Of a stretch of 64,000 nucleotides of DNA, positions 1 to 9,543 are shown one piece after another. Under the pieces are notes generated by a model. That model saw only the letters and a list, made by a program, of their open reading frames with translations, was not told the origin of the DNA and did not search any database. The translations under genes were made by a program, and so were the position numbers. How positions within the stretch are numbered: position 1 is the first letter of the stretch; every line of letters starts with the position of its first letter. The stretch comes from Neisseria sp. (GTDB taxonomy: Bacteria; Pseudomonadota; Gammaproteobacteria; Burkholderiales; Neisseriaceae): the NCBI GenBank assembly GCA_030538415.1, contig JAUNTY010000003.1:20030-84029 (forward strand). The letters are read 5' to 3'.

Positions 1-282
1 GTATTTTTCGATGGTGGTCAAATCGCGGATGCCGCCGCCCAACTGCACCGGAATCTCTTGGCCGACCGCCGCCAGAATGCCGCTGATGGCATCGAGGTTT
101 TTCGGCTTGCCGGCGAATGCGCCGTCAAGATCCACCAGATGCAGGCGGCGCGCGCCTTGTTTGAACCAGTGCAGCCCCATGTCGGCGGGCTGGTCGGAGA
201 ACACGGTGGCCTGATCCATCAAGCCTTGTTTCAGGCGCACGCATTGGCCTTCTTTTAAATCGATTGCGGGAATCAGCAGCAT
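1..282 (-). CDS. hisA: 1-(5-phosphoribosyl)-5-[(5-phosphoribosylamino)methylideneamino]imidazole-4-carboxamide isomerase HisA, N-terminal part; the gene runs off the window edge
   Basis: Reverse-strand translation from the ATG near 282 gives [20 protein letters not shown]...[14 protein letters not shown], a typical HisA N-terminus. It lies downstream of hisH on the same strand. Confidence 0.8.
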   Translation of the reverse strand, partial: MLLIPAIDLKEGQCVRLKQGLMDQATVFSDQPADMGLHWFKQGARRLHLVDLDGAFAGKPKNLDAISGILAAVGQEIPVQLGGGIRDLTTIEKY

Positions 283-542
283 AAATTTTCCAATTGCAGC
301 CGTCTGCTTTCAGACGGCCTGACAGGGTTGTTATATTCATTCATAAAAGCAAACGACAAGGCGGAGCCGATTGGCTCGGTGCTTCAACCTTGGTAAATCA
401 TTCTCTTGGCGCCAGACAAACCAACTCAGTCAGCTTAATTTTTTATGAACGGACATGATTCAAGTCAAACACAGTTTCAGACGGCCTTGCCAGGAAGCCC
501 GGCAAGGCCGTCTGCAACATTCACAGATGTATTTTACACAAT

Positions 543-1187
543 TTATCCGTTCCAGCGCAAAAAATTACGTAAAAGCAATAATCCGCCGTCATGGCTTTTT
601 TCGGTATGGAACTGGGTGGCGAACACATTGTCTTTGCCGACAATGCAGGCGAATTCATGCGGGTAATCGCTGCTGCCGAGCACGATACGCTTATCGGCGG
701 GGGCAAAATAATAGCTGTGGACGAAATAAAAGCGCGTATCTTGGGCAATACCGTCAAACAGAGGATGCGCCTGCGTCTGGCGAACGGTGTTCCAGCCCAT
801 ATGCGGCACTTTCAGCTTGTCGCCGTTGGCATCGCGCTGGTTGGCGGCAAAGCGCTTCACCTCGCCCTCAAACCAGCCCAAGCCCGGCGTGTCGCCCTCT
901 TCGCTGTGGTCGAACAGCAATTGCGCGCCGACGCAAATTCCGAAAAACGGCTTGTTTTTCAGGCCGTCGGCCACCGCTTCGCCGAGGCCGCTTTGCTGCA
1001 ACGCACCCATGCAGTCGGGCATCGCGCCCTGGCCGGGGAAAATAATCTTGTCGGCGGCAAACACTTCTTCGGGGCGGTCGGTCAACACAATCTCAGCCGG
1101 CACATCCGCCAGCTTTTGCGCCGCCTGCACCGATTTCAACACCGAATGCAGGTTGCCCATGCCGTAATCCACGATGGCTACTTTCAT
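543..1187 (-). CDS. hisH: Imidazole glycerol phosphate synthase, glutamine amidotransferase subunit HisH
   Basis: The 214-aa ORF starts MKVAIVDYGMGNLHSV and contains GICVGAQLLF, the class I glutamine amidotransferase signature of HisH. Confidence 0.9.
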   Translation of the reverse strand: MKVAIVDYGMGNLHSVLKSVQAAQKLADVPAEIVLTDRPEEVFAADKIIFPGQGAMPDCMGALQQSGLGEAVADGLKNKPFFGICVGAQLLFDHSEEGDTPGLGWFEGEVKRFAANQRDANGDKLKVPHMGWNTVRQTQAHPLFDGIAQDTRFYFVHSYYFAPADKRIVLGSSDYPHEFACIVGKDNVFATQFHTEKSHDGGLLLLRNFLRWNG

Positions 1188-1229
1188 ACTTCACTATTCC
1201 TTTTTTCTTTTCCCGTCGTCAGCATCACA

Positions 1230-1538
1230 TCACATCACGCTCTTCTGCATCACCAAAAAAGAAACGATGACAATCGCGAGCGGCAGCAATGCGCCAAACC
1301 AGTAAGTGGCCAGCCACTTGCTGCGCTCCCCGTGCCAGCGGCGCAGCAAAATCAGGTAAGCCCAACAGTAAAAGCCGAACGCGGCAGCGGCAATCGGCGA
1401 CATTTCGCCGCCCACCACCATAAAACCGGCAATGCCGAGAAACACCGCATAAGAGAGCGCCCACGGCCACACCGGCGCATGGCGCCCGACATATTCCTGC
1501 AATTTACCGAAAATCAGCAACAATAAACTTGGCAGCAT
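1230..1538 (-). CDS. Hypothetical small inner-membrane protein with 3 predicted transmembrane helices
   Basis: 102-aa hydrophobic ORF immediately upstream of hisH on the same strand. No Shine-Dalgarno sequence is evident and no family is recognised. Confidence 0.45.
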   Translation of the reverse strand: MLPSLLLLIFGKLQEYVGRHAPVWPWALSYAVFLGIAGFMVVGGEMSPIAAAAFGFYCWAYLILLRRWHGERSKWLATYWFGALLPLAIVIVSFLVMQKSVM

Positions 1539-1987
1539 AATGAATGGTTTTCAATCTTCGTGTTGGCCGTCTGCTTTTCAGACGGCCTCTTTTCAATTCG
1601 CCCGGCCTCACCGCCGCACCAACAAGCAGCGCCGCTGTAAAAAACACCGGCAGCATCCGGGTGACGCCCCCGAGCGATTCGATGGGCACGACTCCCTTGC
1701 CACACCCGTCTCTCGCCGCCCGGCGGCATAAGATGCGCTTTTTTATCGTTACACCGGGGCGTGATATATTTCTCTTTCGCCTGCCCGCCGATGCGCCCGC
1801 CCGCCGACACAGCCAGCGCCAACGGAAACGCCACCTGCCACAAAGCGACAAACATGCCGTTCTTTTTCACAAGACGGCACCGCTTTTCATCTGTCGGCAA
1901 CAAGCGGCTTCACAAAAAGCCTCAGGCCGTCTGAATAGCGATTGTATGTTTCAGACGGCCTGATGCCAAGTGTTTCCATGAAATATT

Positions 1988-2716
1988 CTAATGGTTGAGG
2001 ATTTTCGACAAAAATTGCTGCGCCCGTTCGCTGCGCGGGCTGCCGAAAAATTCTGCAGTGCTGCAATCTTCCACAATCCGCCCTTCGTCCATGAAAACCA
2101 CCTTGTCGGCCACCTGCTTGGCAAAGCCCATTTCGTGGGTGACGCACATCATGGTCATGCCTTCTTTGGCCAGCCCCACCATCACATCCAGCACTTCCTG
2201 AATCATTTCCGGGTCGAGCGCGGAAGTGGGTTCGTCAAACAGCATCGCCACCGGATCCATGCTCAGCGCCCGCGCAATCGCTACCCGCTGTTGTTGGCCG
2301 CCCGACAATTCGGCGGGGAATTTGTGCGCATGCGCGCCCAGGCCGACCCGGTCGAGATAGGCCAACCCTTTTTTCTTCGCCTCATCCTTGCTGCGGCCGA
2401 GCACCTTGATTTGCGCCACGGTGAGGTTGTCGGTGATGCTCAGATGCGGAAACAGCTCGAAATGCTGAAACACCATGCCGACGCGGCTGCGCAACTTGGG
2501 CAGATTGGTTTTCGGGTCGCCCACCGAAGTACCGTCGACGATGATTTCGCCTTGCTGGAAAGGCTCCAGCCCGTTGACGCATTTAATCAGCGTTGATTTG
2601 CCGCTGCCCGACGGGCCGCACACCACCACCACTTCGCCCTTGGCAATGCTGGTCGTGCAGCCGCTCAATACCTGAAAGTCGCCATACCATTTGTTGACAT
2701 TCTTAATTTCAATCAT
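1988..2716 (-). CDS. Polar amino acid (glutamate/aspartate-type) ABC transporter, ATP-binding protein (GltL/GlnQ family)
   Basis: Walker A GPSGSGKST, the LSGGQQQRVAIARAL signature and Walker B LFDEPTSALD; 242 aa. Confidence 0.9.
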   Translation of the reverse strand: MIEIKNVNKWYGDFQVLSGCTTSIAKGEVVVVCGPSGSGKSTLIKCVNGLEPFQQGEIIVDGTSVGDPKTNLPKLRSRVGMVFQHFELFPHLSITDNLTVAQIKVLGRSKDEAKKKGLAYLDRVGLGAHAHKFPAELSGGQQQRVAIARALSMDPVAMLFDEPTSALDPEMIQEVLDVMVGLAKEGMTMMCVTHEMGFAKQVADKVVFMDEGRIVEDCSTAEFFGSPRSERAQQFLSKILNH

Positions 2717-2717
2717 T

Positions 2718-3392
2718 TCACACCCGCATTCTTTTTTGCAATCGTTTCACACCGAAAGTGGCCATCGCGCTCACCACAAAATACACCGCGCCGGCAAACA
2801 GGATATACGGCGTCAGCATGCCCATCAGGTCGCCGCGCACATACGAGGCGCGGAAAAAGTCAACGAGGCCGATGGCAAACACCAGCGTGGTATCCTGAAA
2901 CAAAATAATACTTTGCTGCAAAATCAGCGGCAGCATCTTGCGGAAAGCCTGCGGCAGAACCACCAGCCGCATGGTTTGGCCGTAAGTCATGCCCAGCGCC
3001 TTGGCGGCATTGACCTGTCCTTTTGAAATCGACTGGATACCGGCGCGCACCACTTCCGAAAAATAAGCCGCCTCAAACACCATAAACGCCACCGCACAGG
3101 AAGCAAACGCCACGTTGATGGTAAGGTATTTGCCGGTTGCCCAGTGATACATCATCGGCACGGCGAAATAAAACCAAATCAACACCAGCAAGAGCGGCAC
3201 CGAACGGAAAAAATTCACATACAGCTTGGCCGGTATCGAGAAAATCTTGTAAGGAGAAAGCCGCGCCAGCGCCAGCAAGGTGCCGATGACCATGCCGCCG
3301 ACCACCGCAATCGCCACAATCTCCAGCGTGGTGGTGATGCCGCCGAGCAGCCCCGGCGCGGCCGCCTGCAATTCTGAAAGACCGAAAGCCAT
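2718..3392 (-). CDS. Amino acid ABC transporter permease (GltK-like)
   Basis: 224-aa polytopic membrane protein adjacent to the ATPase and overlapping the next gene by 1 nt. There is a strong GGAGG Shine-Dalgarno sequence. Confidence 0.85.
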   Translation of the reverse strand: MAFGLSELQAAAPGLLGGITTTLEIVAIAVVGGMVIGTLLALARLSPYKIFSIPAKLYVNFFRSVPLLLVLIWFYFAVPMMYHWATGKYLTINVAFASCAVAFMVFEAAYFSEVVRAGIQSISKGQVNAAKALGMTYGQTMRLVVLPQAFRKMLPLILQQSIILFQDTTLVFAIGLVDFFRASYVRGDLMGMLTPYILFAGAVYFVVSAMATFGVKRLQKRMRV

Positions 3393-4135
3393 TATTTTTC
3401 CTCCGCCATCAACCCCGGCACGCGGAATCTGCGTTCGAGAAAATTCATAAACATAATCAGCGCCATGTTGATGATCAGATAAATCAGGGTCGCGTAGGTG
3501 TAGATTTCAAAATTGTTTTGCGTGTATTCAGCGATGGTCTTGGTTTGGCTGATTAACTCGGCCACGCCCACCAGCGACGCCACCGAAGCATTTTTGAAGC
3601 AGTTGGTCAGCTCCGAGCTCAACGGCGGCAGAATCACGCGGAAAGCCTGCGGCAGCAACACCTGGCGGTAAACTTCGGCGGTGCGGAAGCCCAGCGCATA
3701 AGCAGCATTGCTCTGCCCTTTGGGCAGCGACTGGATGCCTGTGCGCACCTGCTCGCAAATCCGCGCGGCGGTAAACAGCCCCAGGCCGACGCTGGCGGAA
3801 ATCATCGCCGAGGTGTTCGGCGTCAGCCCGAAAAACCACCATTGTTTCAAAGCCTCGGGAAAAAAGCCGGGCACCACGTAATACCATACGAAAAGCTGAA
3901 TCAGCAGCGGCACATTGCGAAACAGGCTCACATAAGCCGAAGCAACGGTTTGCAGCGGCTTTGACGGCAACGTGCGCATGATGCCGAGCGCAGTGCCCAG
4001 CATCATGGCGATGACCCAGGCGATGCTGCCGATGAGAAACAGCCAGCCGATACCGGCAACCATCCAGCCCAGATAGGTTTCGTTGCCGATGCCGGTGGGG
4101 TCGAAAAGCACGCCCCAGTTCCAGGAATAGCCCAT
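3392..4135 (-). CDS. Amino acid ABC transporter permease (GltJ-like)
   Basis: 247-aa membrane protein in the same operon, with the permease EAA-like loop region. Confidence 0.85.
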   Translation of the reverse strand: MGYSWNWGVLFDPTGIGNETYLGWMVAGIGWLFLIGSIAWVIAMMLGTALGIMRTLPSKPLQTVASAYVSLFRNVPLLIQLFVWYYVVPGFFPEALKQWWFFGLTPNTSAMISASVGLGLFTAARICEQVRTGIQSLPKGQSNAAYALGFRTAEVYRQVLLPQAFRVILPPLSSELTNCFKNASVASLVGVAELISQTKTIAEYTQNNFEIYTYATLIYLIINMALIMFMNFLERRFRVPGLMAEEK

Positions 4136-4356
4136 TTTATCAACCTCTTTTGTCGGGTTTTGCAGGGTAGTTTTTCATGCCGGTTCATAAAGCAGGCGGG
4201 CAAGGCGGCGGAGTTGAAACAGCGCAGCCAGCGCCCCCTGATGCGCCGGTTGACGGCATTCTGCCCCTGACTGCGCAAGACGGGCTGGCGCAGTTCAGGT
4301 TATTTGCAGTCGGGTTATTTTTATGAATTGGCCTCAGACGGCCTGACAAACCGCAA

Positions 4357-4464
4357 TATAGTCGGAGATGTAGATTCTGGTACAAGGCGGCGAGTCGCAG
4401 GCAGTACAAATAGTACGACAAGGCGAGCCAACGCCGTAGCAGAAACTCATTTCCCCGACTATAC
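4357..4464. repeat. Correia-like MITE, family A, long form (~108 bp), terminal inverted repeats TATAGTCGGAG...CCCCGACTATA
   Basis: Ends in TATAG/CTATA. The core ACAAGGCGGCGAGTCGCAGGCAGTACAAATAGTACGACAAGGCGAGCCAACGCCGTAGCAGAAAC is shared with about 20 other copies in the window and resembles the Correia element core. Confidence 0.8.
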
Positions 4465-4537
4465 ATATCCAATAAAGCGGCGGGCGCTTCCTGCCGTGCG
4501 CCCGCCGCATCACTTCATCCACAGGCCGTCTGAACGT

Positions 4538-5497
4538 TTATTCGACTGCCTGGTCGGTCGGATTGGCGATGATTTCCTTCACCTGCGCCGACATCGGGAA
4601 GTCGAGGTTTACGTTTTTCGGCGGAATCGGGCTTTCAAACCATTTTTTATACAAGGCGTCGATTTCGGCGGTGTTTTTGAAGGTGGCATCCAGAGCGCCG
4701 TCAACCACGGTCTTGAATGCGCTGTCGCCTTTGCGCAGCATGCAGCCGTAGCGCTCAAACGACATCGGCTCGCCCACAATCACCCATTTGTCGGGCTCCG
4801 CCGTTTTGGCGCGCTCGCCCGCCAGCAAGATGTCGTCCATCATGAATGCCTGGGCGCGGCCGTTGAACAACATCAGCGCCGCTTCGCCGTGATCTTTGGC
4901 AGAGATGATGTTCATGCCGAGTTTTTCCTTGTCGTTATAGGCTTTGAGCAGGCGCTCGGAGGTGGTGCCCGCAGTGGTGACCACGGTTTTGCCTTTCAGA
5001 TCGGGAAAGCCTTGAATGCCGGAATCGTTCGCCGTCATCAGGCGGGTGCCGATTTCAAAAAAGGCATTGGAGAAATCCACCTGCTTCTGACGCTCGAGGT
5101 TGTTGGTGGTGGAGCCGCATTCGATGTCGACCGTGCCGTTGCTCACCAGCGGAATGCGGTTTTGCGAGGTGACGAGGTTGTAGCGCACCTTCAGGTCGGG
5201 CATATTCAGCTCTTGTTTCACCGCTTCCACCACTTTCAACTGCAAGTCGTGGGCATAGCCCACCGGCTGGTTGGGCTGGTCGGCTATGTAGGAAAACGGA
5301 ATCGAAGAATCGCGGTGCCCCAACACAATGGTGCCCGACGACTTGATTTTCTCCAGCGTGCCCTGCCCGCTTACAGCGGCAGGCGCTTCACCGGAAGCGG
5401 CGCTGCCGGCGGGTTTCGACGATTCCCCGCCGCAAGCGGCGAGCCCCAGCGCCACCATGCAGGCGAGGCCGAACGGTTTTAATGCGTTTCGTTTCAT
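4538..5497 (-). CDS. Amino acid ABC transporter periplasmic substrate-binding lipoprotein (GltI-like)
   Basis: 319 aa with a signal peptide and lipobox (LAAC), the solute-binding protein family 3 fold, and a GGGAG Shine-Dalgarno sequence. Confidence 0.85.
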   Translation of the reverse strand: MKRNALKPFGLACMVALGLAACGGESSKPAGSAASGEAPAAVSGQGTLEKIKSSGTIVLGHRDSSIPFSYIADQPNQPVGYAHDLQLKVVEAVKQELNMPDLKVRYNLVTSQNRIPLVSNGTVDIECGSTTNNLERQKQVDFSNAFFEIGTRLMTANDSGIQGFPDLKGKTVVTTAGTTSERLLKAYNDKEKLGMNIISAKDHGEAALMLFNGRAQAFMMDDILLAGERAKTAEPDKWVIVGEPMSFERYGCMLRKGDSAFKTVVDGALDATFKNTAEIDALYKKWFESPIPPKNVNLDFPMSAQVKEIIANPTDQAVE

Positions 5498-5688
5498 ATT
5501 TCGCTCCCAATCCTTTTTATTTTTTATCGGCTGAACGCGCCAGCCTCCGGCACCGGGCAGCAGACCCGATGCAGCCTATCCTAGCTCAAGCTTTTTTATT
5601 TGACAATCACCTTAACACTTGAAAATAACAAACACATGATTTTAATTAACAATAAAACAAAAAATATGATGAAGCAACATATAAATTG

Positions 5689-5716
5689 TTGACAATTTAA
5701 GCAGGAAAAATATAAT
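5689..5716 (+). promoter_or_regulatory. Near-consensus sigma70 promoter (TTGACA, 16 bp spacer, TATAAT)
   Basis: TTGACA at about 5689-5694 and TATAAT at about 5711-5716 with a 16-bp spacer in an AT-rich intergenic region. It points at a DUS-pair terminator about 40 nt downstream and not at any plus-strand gene. Confidence 0.45.
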
Positions 5717-5751
5717 ATTGGCGGCATTATTCATGCCTTTAATCATATAAA

Positions 5752-5790
5752 ATGGCCGTCTGAAAGCTTTCAGACGGCCATTTTATTAAT
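5752..5790. terminator. Inverted DUS pair forming a bidirectional rho-independent terminator
   Basis: AAAATGGCCGTCTGAAAGCTTTCAGACGGCCATTTTATT forms a perfect hairpin followed by a T-tract. It ends the minus-strand acidic-protein gene and any short plus-strand transcript. Confidence 0.7.
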
Positions 5791-5821
5791 CATGAAACAA
5801 CTATTCGGCCTGCTCCGCCCC

Positions 5822-6217
5822 TCAGCAATGGCTGCCGTCTTTCGGATTCGGATGAATCTGCTCAGGCTGCGTAATCGCACGGGCGCGGATTTCCTCATCG
5901 CTCAAAGGCTGCTGCGCATAGGTGCGCACATCGTCCACCGAATCTTCGATTACCAATTCGCGCTCCTCCGCTTCCATTTCATCGGCAGGCGTAAACGCAT
6001 GGCATTCGGAAATATCATCGGTATTCACTTCCACCTGTGGTTGGATGGCCGCCTGCTCCGCCAGCGGTGCGGCTTCAGCCTCGGCCTCAGCCTGTTCGGC
6101 TGCCACGGCACGGCGCTCCAGAAAATCATCACAACGCTCCTGGCTCACCAGTGCGGACTCTTCCGCCTCCATCAATTGCGCGGGGTCGGGCATGCGGTTT
6201 GTTTTGGCATCAGTCAT
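5822..6217 (-). CDS. Hypothetical highly acidic protein (131 aa, Glu/Asp/Ala-rich, EAEAEAEA tract)
   Basis: Strong Shine-Dalgarno sequence (TAAGGAGGAAAAAACATG) and a terminator immediately downstream. No family is recognised. Confidence 0.6.
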   Translation of the reverse strand: MTDAKTNRMPDPAQLMEAEESALVSQERCDDFLERRAVAAEQAEAEAEAAPLAEQAAIQPQVEVNTDDISECHAFTPADEMEAEERELVIEDSVDDVRTYAQQPLSDEEIRARAITQPEQIHPNPKDGSHC

Positions 6218-6613
6218 GTTTTTTCCTCCTTATTGGTATATGCAGCGGGTTTCATATTGAGGCTTTATCATAACAAGAAAGCCTGCGCCTGAAAGCATTT
6301 TTTTCATCTGCAAACAGCAAAATCCTGCCCGCCTCAAGCCGACAACACCCTCCCCGCCAGCCAAAACAAGCCCTGCATCACATTGCCCGCCTGCGGTGCG
6401 GCGGCAAACAAATCCGCGTCCGCCACCGCCGCCAAATCCGCGCCGCCGATGCCGAGCAGCAGTAAAACGGCCGGCCGCCGAATTCGTTCATCCGCGCTTC
6501 GACCTGTTTGATTTCCGCCGTCAGCAACACATATAGTGGTTCATTCCATGTTTTCTAAAAACAAGGCCGTCTGAAAACAATGCGTTCAGACGGCCTTTAT
6601 CATTCGTTAGCGA

Positions 6614-7912
6614 TTACGCCCACACCAGCAGCGCATGGTTGCGTTTGCCGCGGCGCACGATGGTGTATTTGCCGAAGCGTTTGTGTGCATCGGTCAAAAG
6701 ATAAGCATCATCGGGTTTTTCCGCCGCATGCTCGGGGTTGTTCGGTTCGGCAATTTGGCCGTTCAACACCACGGCTTTGCTACCCACAAAACCGCGCGCT
6801 TCTTTGTTGGAAGAGGCGAGTTTTGCCGCAATCAATGCTTCCACCACATTCAGACGGCCTGATACTTCAAACGCGGGCAAACCGTCAAGCGCGAGTTGCT
6901 CGAAGTCGGCTTCGGTGAGGTTGCTCTGGTCTTCGGCAAACAGGCTGGCGGAGATGCGTTGCGCCGCTTCCAAAGCCGCTTCGCCGTGAATCAGGCGGGT
7001 CATTTCTTCGGCCAGAATGCGCTGCGCTTCGGGTTTCGCGCCGCTCGCTTTGTCTTTTTCTTCAATCGCATCGATTTCCGAAACGCTCAGGAAGGTGAAG
7101 TATTTCAGGAATTTATATACATCGGCATCGGCCACTTTCAGCCAGAACTGGTAAAACTGATACGGCGAGGTTTTCTTGGCATTCAGCCACACCGCGCCGC
7201 CTTCGGTTTTGCCGAATTTGGTGCCGTCGGATTTGGTCACCAGCGGCAGCGTGAGGCCGAACACCTGCTTTTGATTCAGACGGCGGGTGGCGTCGATGCC
7301 CCAAGTGATGTTGCCCCATTGGTCGGAGCCGCCGATTTGCAGCTGCACGCCGTGGCGCTTGTTCAGCTCGGCAAAGTCGTAGCCTTGCAGCAATGCGTAG
7401 GCAAATTCGGTAAACGAAATGCCCACATCATCGCGCTCGATGCGCTGCTTGACCGATTCTTTCGCCAACATCGCGTTCACCGAAAAATGCTTGCCGATGT
7501 CGCGCAAAAAGTCCAAGCAGCCCATGCCGCCGAACCAGTCGTAGTTGTTCGCCATCACCGCCGCATTGCCGCCCTCGAAGCTCAAAAACGGCATCAACTG
7601 GCCTTTGATGCTTTCCACCCAGTTTTTCACGGTATCGAGCGTATTCAAACTGCGCTCCACCGCTTTGAAACTCGGGTCGCCGATCATACCGGTCGCGCCG
7701 CCCACCAAAGCCACCGGCGTATGACCCGCCAGTTGGAAACGGCGCAAAGCCAACACCGGCAGCAAGTGGCCGATGTGCAGGCTGTCGGCTGTCGGGTCGA
7801 AACCGCAATAGAGCGAGATTTTTTGTTCGGCCAACAGCGCATCGAGCGCTTCGATGTCGGTGGTTTGCGCAATCAGGCCGCGCGCCTGCAGGTCTTGAAT
7901 CACTGATTTCAT
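6614..7912 (-). CDS. tyrS: Tyrosine--tRNA ligase
   Basis: 432 aa with the HIGH motif (LHIGHLLP), a KMSKS-like KFGKT motif and a C-terminal S4 domain. Confidence 0.92.
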   Translation of the reverse strand: MKSVIQDLQARGLIAQTTDIEALDALLAEQKISLYCGFDPTADSLHIGHLLPVLALRRFQLAGHTPVALVGGATGMIGDPSFKAVERSLNTLDTVKNWVESIKGQLMPFLSFEGGNAAVMANNYDWFGGMGCLDFLRDIGKHFSVNAMLAKESVKQRIERDDVGISFTEFAYALLQGYDFAELNKRHGVQLQIGGSDQWGNITWGIDATRRLNQKQVFGLTLPLVTKSDGTKFGKTEGGAVWLNAKKTSPYQFYQFWLKVADADVYKFLKYFTFLSVSEIDAIEEKDKASGAKPEAQRILAEEMTRLIHGEAALEAAQRISASLFAEDQSNLTEADFEQLALDGLPAFEVSGRLNVVEALIAAKLASSNKEARGFVGSKAVVLNGQIAEPNNPEHAAEKPDDAYLLTDAHKRFGKYTIVRRGKRNHALLVWA

Positions 7913-7939
7913 TAAAAGCTTCCATTCATGATTAATAAA

Positions 7940-8767
7940 TTATCTTGCTTTTTTGTATTTGGATTTTATTCTGCGCCACAGGATGCTGGCTGCCGATTTG
8001 TGTTCCCTCACGGAACCGACCTTATCAACAGACAGAAAATCAGCACCGTTACCATGCTCCCTAATATGGTTTACACGCATCTGATGCATTCTGTCTGCAG
8101 GATCCAAAGCGCAAAATACGGTTGCTTTTTCGGTAAAACCAAAGGGCTCTTGCTTCAATTGCTCAAAAATCAAACGGTCTTCGGCATCTCCGCTTTCATT
8201 GGGAGAGTTGGCCCACAAATGGAGGATATGCGAAACTTTTGTTTTGTCCAACAACAAGCCGGAAGGTCTTACAAACCCGCCAAAATTTTCGGCATAAATA
8301 CCTTTGCCGGGGCCGACGCTTTCCAACATATCTACACACAATCCCTGGCTTTTATTTCCATCGGCATAAATGCAATAAGAAAAAGCCCACGCCCGGCCTT
8401 GCAATGATTGTACTGCCAAGCGGCAATGTTCAGGAGCCAGCCAATCGTCATCATCCAGATACATGACCAACGGAGAATCCGCCAAAAATGACAACACCGT
8501 GCGCAACGAACCGCCATAAGAGCATTGGTGAACGCCACCATGCCTTTTGGAAGTGGAGTATCCCGGGCTAAGCCAAAATAAAGAACGATTCGGCGGGCAT
8601 TGCCGCTGCAATTGCTTTCGTAATTTCTGCTCATTTCCGCTTAAATCTTTGTCTACCCCGACCAGAATCTGAATGCGCCCTTGAAAATCCTGCTCAAATA
8701 TCGATTTTACTGCACGCAATAAAGATTTCCTGCACACCGTTGTCACAACAATTGCAAGATCATGCAT
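7940..8767 (-). CDS. Glycosyltransferase family 2 (GT-A fold) protein
   Basis: 275 aa. The N-terminal nucleotide-binding region AIVVTTVCRKSLLRAVKSI and the DXD motif YLDDDDW are GT2 features. The gene lies in a low-GC islet. Confidence 0.65.
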   Translation of the reverse strand: MHDLAIVVTTVCRKSLLRAVKSIFEQDFQGRIQILVGVDKDLSGNEQKLRKQLQRQCPPNRSLFWLSPGYSTSKRHGGVHQCSYGGSLRTVLSFLADSPLVMYLDDDDWLAPEHCRLAVQSLQGRAWAFSYCIYADGNKSQGLCVDMLESVGPGKGIYAENFGGFVRPSGLLLDKTKVSHILHLWANSPNESGDAEDRLIFEQLKQEPFGFTEKATVFCALDPADRMHQMRVNHIREHGNGADFLSVDKVGSVREHKSAASILWRRIKSKYKKAR

Positions 8768-8849
8768 ATTTGAAATGCCCCCAGATTAGCGAACCAAAGA
8801 AAAAAGACAAACGAATCATTTTTAAAAATCAATTTTATTTCGACGGGTT

Positions 8850-8964
8850 AATATTAATTATCGTCAAAAACTCAATATCTGATGAATACAAGGCAACAAT
8901 CCGCAGTCAATACAAACAAACCCAGCAACACCGTGGTAGGCATTAAGTTTCCCGACCGTATATT
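8850..8964. repeat. Decayed family A Correia-like element remnant
   Basis: The right half CAAGGCAACAATCCGCAGTCAATACAAAC...GGTAGGCATTAAGTTTCCCGACCGTATA aligns to family A cores and inverted repeats but is heavily mutated. Confidence 0.4.
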
Positions 8965-9005
8965 TTACACGAATACCAACCCGATATGCAGAGGCATATA
9001 ATAGA

Positions 9006-9042
9006 AATCGGGAATGATTGCATCATTCCCGATTTCTATTGC
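9006..9042. terminator. Rho-independent terminator hairpin
   Basis: AGAAATCGGGAATGATTGCATCATTCCCGATTTCT is a perfect stem just downstream of the glycine-zipper gene stop. Confidence 0.65.
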
Positions 9043-9060
9043 CATTACAGACTGAACTGT

Positions 9061-9543
9061 TTAATGACGATGGCCGTTACCGCGCACCATGTGCTGTTTG
9101 CCGTGGCCTCTGCCGTTTTTCCACTGCTGCTGGCCATAAGCGCTTTTGCCGCGCGCTTTCACTTTTTGGTTGCGGTAGTTGCGGTATTCCTGATAGCGGC
9201 GTGCTTCTTTATCGCGCAACATACCGCGACGGGTAGCTTCGCGATAGGCTTCGTAGTCTTTACGGTTTTTAAATTCACGGCCGCCGTAGTAATAGCGGTT
9301 GTTGTAGCGGCCTTCGCGGGTGTAGTTGCTGTTGCTTTTGGCAATCAGGTTGCCGAGCAGACCACCGGCAGCAGCGCCGAGCAGCGTGGATTCCATATTG
9401 CCGCCGATGGCGCTGCCGGCTACGCCGCCGACGGCTGCGCCAACGATGGTGCCCTGGGTGCGGCTCATGTCGGCCATGGCCAGCGGGGCGGCGGTCATGG
9501 CGGTGGCGGCGAATAATGAAACGAACAGTTTGTATGCTTTCAT
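9061..9543 (-). CDS. Glycine-zipper membrane protein with a signal peptide and a basic Tyr/Arg-rich C-terminal tail
   Basis: Starts MKAYKLFVSLFAATAMTAAPLAMA with an AGGAG Shine-Dalgarno sequence. Contains GAAVGGVAGSAIGG, typical of glycine-zipper 2TM proteins. The tail is rich in YRNYRN-type repeats. Confidence 0.6.
   Translation of the reverse strand: MKAYKLFVSLFAATAMTAAPLAMADMSRTQGTIVGAAVGGVAGSAIGGNMESTLLGAAAGGLLGNLIAKSNSNYTREGRYNNRYYYGGREFKNRKDYEAYREATRRGMLRDKEARRYQEYRNYRNQKVKARGKSAYGQQQWKNGRGHGKQHMVRGNGHRH

Noticed and set aside
591-1526. Long plus-strand ORFs antisense to real genes. Examples: 591..1526 opposite hisH, 4304..5482 opposite the substrate-binding protein, 15792..17480 opposite glcB, 20403..21347 opposite the amidohydrolase, 51808..52950 opposite dapC, 59584..60759 opposite the KefB-like gene.
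   Set aside because: These are shadow ORFs typical of high-GC DNA. The opposite strand encodes proteins with clear family matches and Shine-Dalgarno sequences. The antisense translations are low-complexity (R/A/G/H-rich) with no motifs.
5792-6292. 166-aa plus-strand ORF opposite the acidic protein gene.
   Set aside because: The minus-strand ORF has a perfect Shine-Dalgarno sequence and terminator. The plus-strand ORF lacks an RBS and is a compositionally biased antisense read of a GAG/GCT-rich region.
8986-9516. 176-aa plus-strand ORF rich in Ala/Val/Phe overlapping the glycine-zipper gene.
   Set aside because: It is the antisense reading of GGC/GCC-rich glycine codons. The minus-strand ORF has a signal peptide, Shine-Dalgarno sequence and terminator.
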